Source: an uncultured Candidatus Saccharibacteria bacterium (GTDB lineage Bacteria; Patescibacteriota; Minisyncoccia; Phycocordibacterales; UBA918). From it: a stretch of 64,000 bases of DNA. The stretch spans positions 78,316 through 142,315 of the forward strand of contig CAYGJY010000001.1 of assembly GCA_964350645.1 (NCBI GenBank), in the 5' to 3' direction. Shown in pieces: positions 49,981-58,160 of the stretch. Both the position numbers and the translations under genes were made by a program. Numbering within the stretch: the stretch's first letter is position 1; each line of letters starts with the position of its first letter. A model generated the notes under the pieces. It did not search any database and was not told the DNA's origin. It saw only the letters and a list, made by a program, of their open reading frames with translations.

Positions 49981-50165
49981 CGGATGGGGCCTTACGGCCC
50001 GCCGCAAAAAAGACTGCGAACAAACCGCGGCATTCGTAAAGACCCCTTTCGCAGCGCGACTGTGGGTCTTCAACTTAGTTGCGTTTTATGCAGATGAGGA
50101 GTAGGTTTGATTACAAGCTGGTATTAGTGCCAGTTGTATGTGACAAAAGAATCGAGGTAAAAAAA

Positions 50166-50399
50166 GTGGACGAAAGAGAAATCGTAAAAGCAAAGGGTGG
50201 TGCGTGTGTGGACTGTCCCCTAACAGGTAAGGAACTTGTTGTTGACTTCCCATCACGTCGTCCAACCTTACAGTCTGCACTGGAGAATGCACGGGTCAGA
50301 GTTCGTTGCCCGCGTCACCAAGGTGGAACAATACTGATAAAGGTAAAGGTGATCCTCAAGGATTACAAGGACTGTCCCCACTACAAGAAGCCAAGCTAA
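50166..50399 (+). CDS. Small orphan protein, possible zinc ribbon
   Basis: SD GAGGT 7 nt before GTG 50166; CVDC...CPRH motifs. ORF track extends it to 50079. Confidence 0.5.
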   Translation: MDEREIVKAKGGACVDCPLTGKELVVDFPSRRPTLQSALENARVRVRCPRHQGGTILIKVKVILKDYKDCPHYKKPS

Positions 50400-50491
50400 A
50401 AAGAATAAGTTCATTGGCACGAGCAGTGCCGACATGGGGCCCAATCAGCTTTATTGCGTTGGGCCCTGTCTGCGTCTGGTGGTTGGGTGGT

Positions 50492-50537
50492 AGAAACCGG
50501 GGCGGAAATGGCCTTAGCCATTTCCGCCCCGGTTTCT
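50492..50537. terminator. Perfect 21-bp hairpin upstream of the rpmF promoter
   Basis: agaaaccggggcggaaatggc-ctta-gccatttccgccccggtttct. Confidence 0.7.
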
Positions 50538-50575
50538 CTTGCGTTTTGGCTAGGTTTTGGTATAGTTCTCCGACT

Positions 50576-50923
50576 ATGGTAATTCGAATGCGACATACGC
50601 GGGCTCATACAAAGAACCGCCGCTCACACCACGCTCTTACAGCGCCAACGTTGGCGACTTGTAAGAATTGTGGAGCTAGCCACCGCCCACACCACATGTG
50701 CTTAGATTGTGGCTTTTATAATGGTCGTCAAGTAATCGACCTCGCTGCTAAGAAAGACGCTCGTGAAGCAAGAATGAACGCAAAGCGCGAAATGATTAAA
50801 GGCCAGCAAGAAGCAATCGCTCCGACTGAAGCTGATGCGGTAGCAGAAAAAGCGCCAGTAGCAACTGAAGAAAAAGCAGCTGATGAGAGTGAAGCAGTGA
50901 CAAGCAAAGAGGATAAAAAATAA
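50576..50923 (+). CDS. rpmF: 50S ribosomal protein L32 with acidic extension
   Basis: RRSHHAL...CKNCG...[14 protein letters not shown]. Confidence 0.95.
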   Translation: MVIRMRHTRAHTKNRRSHHALTAPTLATCKNCGASHRPHHMCLDCGFYNGRQVIDLAAKKDAREARMNAKREMIKGQQEAIAPTEADAVAEKAPVATEEKAADESEAVTSKEDKK

Positions 50924-51024
50924 GCATTAAGACCGCTCTGGCGGTTTTTTTGTGGATTGTATCCTTTTGCAAATACGCAGTACCTTGCTACTATTGTAGG
51001 TAGATAGGTTAGTACATTATTTTT

Positions 51025-51921
51025 ATGGCAAACAGGCATCTTAGTCGATCGATCGTTCTTCAGTCACTCTTTGAGTGGGATTTAAATGATATAGCTAAAA
51101 AAGACGTTCCTGAGGTGCTGGAACGCAACGTCACAGAGTTTGCACCAAATAAAACTGACATGCCCTTCATGGCGAAACTCCTTGATGGTATTTTGCAAAA
51201 ACAAACTGAACTCGATTTAGTCATCGAAAAAGCTGCTCCCGAGTGGCCGATTGACCGGATCTCCCCGGTTGACCGCAACATCTTGCGGCTCGGACTCTAC
51301 GAGCTCTTATTTGCCGATCGGGGTGAGGTACCAGCAAAAGTGGCTATTAATGAAGCAATTGAGTTAGCGAAGCAATTTGGTGGTGAAAATAGTAGTCGGT
51401 TTGTAAACGGCGTTCTTGGTGCGGTGTACAAGGAGATTGGCGAGCCAGGGAAGAATGAAGTGAGTAAGCGGAAAAAGAAAGAAGTGCCGTTTGAAGAGAT
51501 GCCGGTTCTCCGTCTTGCAGGGTCAGTAGTCTATGCTGAACATGAGGGAGATATTTACTTGGCGTTGGTGCATGACATTTTTGGCCACTGGACCCTGGCG
51601 AAAGGTAAGATTGAAGAGGGTGAAGATTTGAAGGCTGGGGCAACTCGGGAGATTAAAGAAGAAATTGGCCTGGATATTGAGATTGAGAACGAACTCGGCC
51701 AAAATGAATATGTGGCGAGTAAACCTGATATCGGTAAGCACCGTAAACAAGTAACGTACTTCCTCGGCAAATCTGAGTATAAAGAACTCACCTTGGAGAA
51801 AAAAGGTGGACTTGATGATGCTCAGTGGTTTCGAGTAGCCGATATCCTTGATTTGAACTTTTATGAGGATATACTACCAATAGTCACCAAAGCAGTGACC
51901 ATTCTTGTTTCGAAGAAATGA
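51025..51921 (+). CDS. nusB: Transcription antitermination factor NusB fused to a C-terminal NUDIX domain
   Basis: DRNILRLG, VAINEAIELAK, FVNGVLG; then Nudix box GKIEEGEDLKAGATREIKEEIG. Confidence 0.93.
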   Translation: MANRHLSRSIVLQSLFEWDLNDIAKKDVPEVLERNVTEFAPNKTDMPFMAKLLDGILQKQTELDLVIEKAAPEWPIDRISPVDRNILRLGLYELLFADRGEVPAKVAINEAIELAKQFGGENSSRFVNGVLGAVYKEIGEPGKNEVSKRKKKEVPFEEMPVLRLAGSVVYAEHEGDIYLALVHDIFGHWTLAKGKIEEGEDLKAGATREIKEEIGLDIEIENELGQNEYVASKPDIGKHRKQVTYFLGKSEYKELTLEKKGGLDDAQWFRVADILDLNFYEDILPIVTKAVTILVSKK

Positions 51922-52048
51922 GCCGTCATATGGACGGCGTTCGATGAGACTCACCGTACGTGGTACGGCACGTCCCATCGCACTTGTTGGCAATTAGCTA
52001 ACACCCATCTATTCGACAACTTTAGTTTACTAAGTAAGACCTTACTAC

Positions 52049-52759
52049 ATGGCAGAAGATGCAACTATTGAAAAAAGTCTTAATGACTTATGCAAAATTT
52101 TAGACGTCACGTTTACCGACCGAAATTTTTTGTTAGTGGCGATGACGCACCGCTCGTACCTCAACGAACACCGTGAAGCAACTTGGGAACACAACGAGCG
52201 CTTAGAATTTTTGGGCGATGCAGTTTTAGAACTCGTCGTAACAGACTTTTTGTATAAAAAATACCCAGAAAAACCCGAGGGCGAACTGACGTCAGTTCGG
52301 GCAGCGCTAGTGAACACCAACTCACTCTCCGAAGCATCGCAAAAACTTGGCCTTAATGACTTCTTACTGATGTCAAAAGGGGAGGCGAAAGATACTGGAC
52401 GTGCCCGGTTGTATATTTTAGCCAATGCCTTCGAAGCAGTGATCGGAGCTCTTTACATGGACTTAGGATATGAAGTGGCTCGTGATTTCATTGGTAATCA
52501 ACTTTTTGCAAAAACTGACCGGATCGTTGAGAAGCGATTATGGCAAGACGGGAAGAGTCGGTTTCAGGAATTGGCACAAGAGCACAACTCAGTGACACCG
52601 ACCTACAAGTTGCTTGGCCAAGAAGGTCCTGATCATGATCGGGTGTTCACTATCGGTGTTTTCTTAGGGAAAGAACAAGTAGCTGAGGGAGCTGGACGCA
52701 GTAAGCAGGAAGCCGAACAGGCAGCAGCTGAGGCAGCCATTGAGCAGAAAGGCTGGTAA
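52049..52759 (+). CDS. rnc: Ribonuclease III
   Basis: NERLEFLGDAVL, FEAVIGALY, dsRBD GPDH...SKQEAEQ. Confidence 0.98.
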   Translation: MAEDATIEKSLNDLCKILDVTFTDRNFLLVAMTHRSYLNEHREATWEHNERLEFLGDAVLELVVTDFLYKKYPEKPEGELTSVRAALVNTNSLSEASQKLGLNDFLLMSKGEAKDTGRARLYILANAFEAVIGALYMDLGYEVARDFIGNQLFAKTDRIVEKRLWQDGKSRFQELAQEHNSVTPTYKLLGQEGPDHDRVFTIGVFLGKEQVAEGAGRSKQEAEQAAAEAAIEQKGW

Positions 52760-52772
52760 AGTACAGGAGGTT

Positions 52773-52831
52773 ACGCACAAAGGGCGCAAAACCAAAGGTT
52801 TTGCGCCCTTTGTGCGTGCTAAAATTACTAA
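52773..52831 (+). repeat. Hairpin plus extended -10 module, copy 1
   Basis: 21-bp stem, then gcTAAAATtactaa-ATG; homologous to 53371-53426. Confidence 0.8.
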
Positions 52832-53359
52832 ATGAAATCACTGCGATCGTCTAAGTTGGGCTTCACTCTTATTGAAGTAATAGTAGTGGTAGGGATTATT
52901 GGCCTCCTGACTTCCATAGTCCTGTTTTCTGTCAGTCAAGCTCGTGCAGAAGTGAGGGATAAAAAAAGAATTATTGATATTGAACAATATCAGCTAGCAT
53001 TTCGACTGTATAGTGAACAATATGGGAGTTTGCCTGTTTGTGGTAGTGGCGCATATCTTCGGGGGGCAGGAATTGTCGATGCTGGATCAACATGTACTGA
53101 TTTAGCCACTATGCAGACATTTTTCGACGAAGTGTTTGGGGAACTTCCTACTGATCCTTTAGATGACGCTTCTGGTCCTTCAGATTATGTATATTTTTAT
53201 GACAGTGATCACAGCGCTTGTGGTAGCGGTCAAGCAATTATTGCCATTAGACAAATGGAAGATACTCCTCCAGCTAATGATGCAACTGCTTGTGGCGGAC
53301 TTGGCAGTGACGGTGAAATGAATACAGCTACAAACCCCTATGTTATCTTTTTGCCATAG
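52832..53359 (+). CDS. Type IV pilin / GspG-like pseudopilin
   Basis: G-FTLIEVIVVVGIIGLL, ARAEVRDKKR, LPTDP. Confidence 0.88.
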   Translation: MKSLRSSKLGFTLIEVIVVVGIIGLLTSIVLFSVSQARAEVRDKKRIIDIEQYQLAFRLYSEQYGSLPVCGSGAYLRGAGIVDAGSTCTDLATMQTFFDEVFGELPTDPLDDASGPSDYVYFYDSDHSACGSGQAIIAIRQMEDTPPANDATACGGLGSDGEMNTATNPYVIFLP

Positions 53360-53370
53360 TTAAGATTACT

Positions 53371-53426
53371 CACAAAGGCTGCAAAATCTTCGATTTTGCA
53401 GCCTTTGTGCGTGCTAAAATTACTGA
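53371..53426 (+). repeat. Hairpin plus extended -10 module, copy 2
   Basis: 18-bp stem with compensatory changes, then cgtgcTAAAATtactga-GTG. Confidence 0.8.
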
Positions 53427-54050
53427 GTGAAAATACTATTAAATCGTACTCGAGGGTTCACATTGATGGAAGTGATGGTGGTGATAGCCATTATTGGTAT
53501 TCTTACGTCAGTGATATTGTTTTCGATTAGTGACGCGCGAGCGAGTGCCCGTGATAAACAACGCTTGGTTGATTTAAAAAATCTAGAACTCGCCCTCGCG
53601 CTCTACTATGAGATTAATAATGAATATCCTCCACAAGGTTGCGGAGCAACTGGTGGATGGACAGGTCCAGGCGTGATTGATGCTGAATACCAACAGCCCG
53701 CTAATTTAACTGATGGGTGTGATGAATACATTGAAGGTTTAGCTCCTGTGTATATACCGGCATTACCAATTGACCCTAAATTTGAAGATGATGCGAGTAA
53801 TCCGGGTTGGGGGTATCTGTATAGAACCAACGGTGCAAGGTCTGCGTATAAGGTGATGGCACATCTGTCTGTTGAAAAAGCTCAAATAACATCTAATGAT
53901 GATGAGTATGCTCGGCGGTCAAATGCTTGTTTTAATCCATCAGGAGCTGATCCTTTGTACGGTTTAGACCCTTTTCAGCCGGGCGTGTATGCTGTGTATG
54001 GCGGTTCCGATGGAACTAATGATGTAACAACTGACTCAGCTTGTTGGTAA
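53427..54050 (+). CDS. Type IV pilin / GspG-like pseudopilin
   Basis: G-FTLMEVMVVIAIIGIL, ARASARDKQR, LPIDP. Confidence 0.88.
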   Translation: MKILLNRTRGFTLMEVMVVIAIIGILTSVILFSISDARASARDKQRLVDLKNLELALALYYEINNEYPPQGCGATGGWTGPGVIDAEYQQPANLTDGCDEYIEGLAPVYIPALPIDPKFEDDASNPGWGYLYRTNGARSAYKVMAHLSVEKAQITSNDDEYARRSNACFNPSGADPLYGLDPFQPGVYAVYGGSDGTNDVTTDSACW

Positions 54051-54056
54051 TATTTT

Positions 54057-56336
54057 ATGCATCTCAAACACCTCGCCATCTCTGGTTTCAAATCATTTGC
54101 TAAAAAAAGCGAACTTGAGTTCTCTGCGCCGATTACGTCAATCGTCGGTCCGAACGGTTCGGGTAAAAGCAATGTTGCCGAAGCATTTCGGTTTGTCCTT
54201 GGTGAGCAGTCAGTGAAGTCAATGCGTGGTAAGAAAGGAGAAGATTTAATTTGGGGTGGATCGGACAGTGTCTCACGGAGCAACCGCGCTTCGGTCACCG
54301 TCACGTTAAATAATGAAAAACGCGTGTTCCCGATGGATTTCGACGAGATTGAATTAGAGCGACTCGTACATCGCGATGGTCAAAATGAATACTCGATTAA
54401 TGGTTCAAAGGTTCGACTTAAAGACGTGCAGGAGCTCTTAGTAGCAGCCAATATTGGTCCAACTGGGCATCATATTATTTCCCAAGGTGAAGCTGACCGG
54501 ATTTTGTCTGCGAGCGCTAAGGAACGACGCGAGATGATTGAAGATGCCCTTGGACTGAAGGTCTACCAATTCAAAAAACAAGAAGCCGAAAAGAAGCTCC
54601 GAAAAACCAGAGAAAACGTCGAGCGAGTTGAGTCGCTGCGTCGTGAAGTAGCACCCCATTTAAAGTTTTTGGAACGTCAGGTAAAGAAGATTGAAAAGTC
54701 ACTTGAACTTCAGGAAACTCTTAAAACCTTTTATAAGGAATACCTCAGACGTGAAGATGTATTCATTGCCCACAACCATGATCGTCTAGAGGCTGAGCGA
54801 CATGAGCCAGTTGCTAAGCTCGAAGTTTTGGCGAAAGAGCTGGCCGCTGCAAAAGAAACCTTAGCTACTGCAGAACAAGACGAGAAACGCGACGATTTGA
54901 TTGCGGTTGAGCGTACCTTGTCTGAGGCCCGTGAAGGTCGACAGACACTATTGCGCAAGAGTGGTCAGTTGGAAGGGCAGATTGAGTTTCTTGAGCGACG
55001 CATTAAGGCTGAGCGTGCCAAAGCTGAGAAAAAAACAGGTCTACCAATTGCTTATGAGGACGTGGCAGCAGTGATCGAGAAAGTAGCGGTCGAGGTGGAG
55101 CGTGCAACTAAAAAGGATGACATCCCGTTGCTTCAGCGAGCGCTATCAGACATCGTGCACACACTGAAGTCTTTTTTGCGTAAAGCTGAGGAGAACGACA
55201 CGGTTGATACACGTGCTGAGGAGGCTGAGTTATCTGAACTCCAGATTGAAAAAAGCGAGGTTGATACGAAGCTTACTGTCGCGACTGAGACTGAAAGTCG
55301 GCTGCAGGGAGAATACGAGACAGTGAAAGCGGACATTGAAGCTGATGCTAGCCAGAGTCGTGAGGCTGAACGTGAGGTGTTCAGGATTGTGAGCGAACAA
55401 CGTGAGACAGAAATCGTTCTGACACGAATTGATAATGAGTTACAGGTGCTTGAGCGTGAACGAAATGAATTTAAGCGTGAGCTTCAAGAAGCAGTGTCCT
55501 TGATTGGCCGAGCCGCAGCCGAATACTTCTCACACGAAATTGTGGAAGAAGGAAAGATTCTACAGGCAAAAAATTTTGTCGCTGAGGATCGCTCCAAGCA
55601 GCGTGAGCGCCGCCGAGAACTTGAGAAGATGAAGATTCGTCTTGAAGAGCTAGGTTCAGGGACTGATGGTGATATTGCCGCAGAATATAAAAACGTCAAA
55701 GAACGCGACGAGTTTTTAGTGAAAGAAATTGCTGACCTTACTGCATCAATTGCCAAACTGGACACCTTGATTGTGGAGTTGAATGAGCAGCTTAACGAAC
55801 GCTTTGTAGAAGGAATCGAGAAAATTGATGCAGAGTTTAGTCGTTTCTTTACGCTGATGTTTGGTGGTGGTACAGCCAAATTAGTGCGCATGAAACCAAA
55901 GAAAAAAGTAAAGAAAGAAATGGAGGATGACTTGGGTGAAATGACCGAGATCGATGAAGAGGTAGAGGACGAGGAAGCGCAAGAAGGGATTGAACTTGAT
56001 GTGAAGCTACCCAACAAGCGCGTGAAAGGTCTCGACATGCTTTCTGGTGGTGAGCGAGCACTTACCTCAATCGCGCTGATTTTTGCGATGAGCCAGGTAA
56101 ATCCGCCACTGTTTATTATTCTTGATGAGACCGACGCCGCGCTTGATGAAGCGAATAGTCGTCGCTATGGCGACATGATCGAGGCATTGGCTGAACGTTC
56201 ACAATTGATCTTGATAACACATAACCGCGAGACCATGAGTCGGGCGGGGATTCTCTATGGTGTCACCATGAGTGGCGACGGAGTATCAAAGCTTCTTTCA
56301 GTCAAGCTCGACGAGGCGGTCGCGGTCGCTAAATAG
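54057..56336 (+). CDS. smc: Short SMC-family chromosome segregation ATPase
   Basis: GFKSF, Walker A GPNGSGKSN, ISQG, signature LSGGE, Walker B LDETDAALD, ITH. Confidence 0.88.
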   Translation: MHLKHLAISGFKSFAKKSELEFSAPITSIVGPNGSGKSNVAEAFRFVLGEQSVKSMRGKKGEDLIWGGSDSVSRSNRASVTVTLNNEKRVFPMDFDEIELERLVHRDGQNEYSINGSKVRLKDVQELLVAANIGPTGHHIISQGEADRILSASAKERREMIEDALGLKVYQFKKQEAEKKLRKTRENVERVESLRREVAPHLKFLERQVKKIEKSLELQETLKTFYKEYLRREDVFIAHNHDRLEAERHEPVAKLEVLAKELAAAKETLATAEQDEKRDDLIAVERTLSEAREGRQTLLRKSGQLEGQIEFLERRIKAERAKAEKKTGLPIAYEDVAAVIEKVAVEVERATKKDDIPLLQRALSDIVHTLKSFLRKAEENDTVDTRAEEAELSELQIEKSEVDTKLTVATETESRLQGEYETVKADIEADASQSREAEREVFRIVSEQRETEIVLTRIDNELQVLERERNEFKRELQEAVSLIGRAAAEYFSHEIVEEGKILQAKNFVAEDRSKQRERRRELEKMKIRLEELGSGTDGDIAAEYKNVKERDEFLVKEIADLTASIAKLDTLIVELNEQLNERFVEGIEKIDAEFSRFFTLMFGGGTAKLVRMKPKKKVKKEMEDDLGEMTEIDEEVEDEEAQEGIELDVKLPNKRVKGLDMLSGGERALTSIALIFAMSQVNPPLFIILDETDAALDEANSRRYGDMIEALAERSQLILITHNRETMSRAGILYGVTMSGDGVSKLLSVKLDEAVAVAK

Positions 56337-56404
56337 CAAAAGTCCCGTACATACCAGACCCTGCATAACGCGTACTCACACGTCGGGCCCGTTTGACACG
56401 GGAC

Positions 56405-56734
56405 TCAATTTTTTGACTGCTCTAAGTCATTCAAAGCTTCTACACATTGATTGTACACGTCAATACCACCTTGGCGTCTTCCTTTCCTGAGGAAAAACAA
56501 ATCCTCGTGACCGTCTTTGTCTTTCCTGGACATAACCCAGGTCACCATAGCAAATCGGCCGAGAAAATTTTTCATCTTTTCAAAATCAAAATCCTGGGGT
56601 AAATCCTCAATGAAAGCGTACTCGTTGACAAACTTAACTCCATCATAAATGTGTCCATCTGGTTGCCGGATAAGGCTGTGGAAAAGATCTTTACGCTCTT
56701 CACCAGCTCCGATATGGACGAGCATCATACTCAT
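56405..56734 (-). CDS. Orphan protein, 109 aa
   Basis: SD GAGGAGG 5 nt before ATG 56734; TGTTCTTTGAAC motif upstream. Confidence 0.65.
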   Translation of the reverse strand: MSMMLVHIGAGEERKDLFHSLIRQPDGHIYDGVKFVNEYAFIEDLPQDFDFEKMKNFLGRFAMVTWVMSRKDKDGHEDLFFLRKGRRQGGIDVYNQCVEALNDLEQSKN

Positions 56735-56842
56735 GGATGCCTCCTCTGGCTGGTTACGTTCAAAGAACAGTACCAAAAAATCCAAAAAAGTAAACTGTTT
56801 GGAACTCAGTAATCAGCAGTTCTTATCAGCTACAATTAGGTT

Positions 56843-58111
56843 ATGAAAGAAGGAGTACCTACACCACGTACAGAACGTTTGGATGATCCAGCTAAGCGCA
56901 GATTTTTGCGTGGGGCGCTTGGTGTGCTTATCGCAACTGGAGGAGCTACGGTTGTCTTGCGACCAGAGAAATTAGCTGACGGGGAGCAGACCCATGGACC
57001 AATAGAGTCACCAGAGCCCTTACCGCGACCAGAAGTGCCTAAGTTTGAGGAGTATGTGCGCGCGTTTGAAATGCAGTGGGGTATGTCTCCGAACGAAATT
57101 ATATTTATTGACCAGCACGGACAGCCGCTAGACGATCCGTTTCCGCTTGAACAAACATTTATTGATGTAACAGCCGACCAAGAGGAAATATTGGTTCAGG
57201 CTATTGGTAGTGATGGCAAGTTGACCGGAAGGTGGTTGGAGTTAATGCGGGCAGAGATAAGTAGTATGTATGATGTGCCGGCAGAATTGGTCGGACAGCT
57301 CAATGTTCGCAGTGATTTTGCTGCCGCTGAAGATCAGTTTCCGGGACTAACCTTTAATTCGATTGCTGGTATTGCACAGCATCATGCCGCGCAACCAGCA
57401 GCTGAAGGCGAGTCACAGAGTCGCATGGAGTGCTTACTGGAGGTATTTCCGCAGCACCTTGATATACCCGATCCGTTTATTAAGCAGCTCTTGTGTGATC
57501 ATATTGTCGGTCTGGTCGCCAAAGAATCGAAGTTTAATGACGAGTTGGGTAAGAATAGTGCTTCAGCGCAGCAAGCACTGCAGCTGACAGATTCAGTCCG
57601 CATTGAGCATCTGTTTAAAAAAGATCCAAATGCAAGTGCTGCCGAAAATGCCCAGAATAAACAAGCAGTTGCCGATGCACGACTCTCGTTTCCACAACAA
57701 GTAGAGATAGCAGCCAAACATTTTTCTAATATTTATAAACGTCTACATGTGTGGCTCAAAAAAGGGAAGGAAGTAGATTCAACTGCTACGTTTGATCGAG
57801 AGTATGTGTTTAATGACCTTCGGGGTGCGTTTAGTTCTGATGAAGACTGGCAGCGATACATGCTTTTTCCACTAATGTTGAATGCGTATAACGGCGGTTC
57901 GCTCTTGGTAGCCGATGCCTGCGCGGCCTTTGTTGATTCGTACGAGGGAGACTTTGCCAAGGCTGCAGAACGCTATGAGGGATATGATATGTATTTTGCG
58001 ATTACGCGGTTTGCTGCGAATAGTGACAAAGGTAGATTGAAAAAGTATGGACCAGATTCACAAAGCTACACCGCTAATGTTATGGCGGCGACGAATGTAC
58101 TGTCAGCCTGA
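56843..58111 (+). CDS. Lysozyme-like / SLT transglycosylase with twin-arginine-like N-terminus
   Basis: KRRFL plus TM helix; AKESKF, ALQL and AYNGG resemble SLT motifs I-III. Confidence 0.6.
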   Translation: MKEGVPTPRTERLDDPAKRRFLRGALGVLIATGGATVVLRPEKLADGEQTHGPIESPEPLPRPEVPKFEEYVRAFEMQWGMSPNEIIFIDQHGQPLDDPFPLEQTFIDVTADQEEILVQAIGSDGKLTGRWLELMRAEISSMYDVPAELVGQLNVRSDFAAAEDQFPGLTFNSIAGIAQHHAAQPAAEGESQSRMECLLEVFPQHLDIPDPFIKQLLCDHIVGLVAKESKFNDELGKNSASAQQALQLTDSVRIEHLFKKDPNASAAENAQNKQAVADARLSFPQQVEIAAKHFSNIYKRLHVWLKKGKEVDSTATFDREYVFNDLRGAFSSDEDWQRYMLFPLMLNAYNGGSLLVADACAAFVDSYEGDFAKAAERYEGYDMYFAITRFAANSDKGRLKKYGPDSQSYTANVMAATNVLSA

Positions 58112-58160
58112 TACGTGTGTACGGTATACTGTTTGTTAATATGATTTCTAGAGACAGAGT

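Noticed and set aside
49900-50100. tmRNA, suggested by the ALAA-stop and downstream hairpins
   Set aside because: No tRNA-like ends (no GGGG...TTCGA 5' segment, no T-arm/CCA 3' segment), and the ALAA ends an 88-codon ORF with its own SD.
50306-50575. N-terminal extensions of rpmF (also pheS, prfA, rpmE, rpsB) given by the ORF track
   Set aside because: The extensions cross terminators, promoters or upstream genes; family homology starts at the downstream ATG.
52773-53426. CRISPR array or integron attC sites
   Set aside because: Only two copies about 600 bp apart, no cas or intI gene, and no RYYYAAC/GTTRRRY ends.
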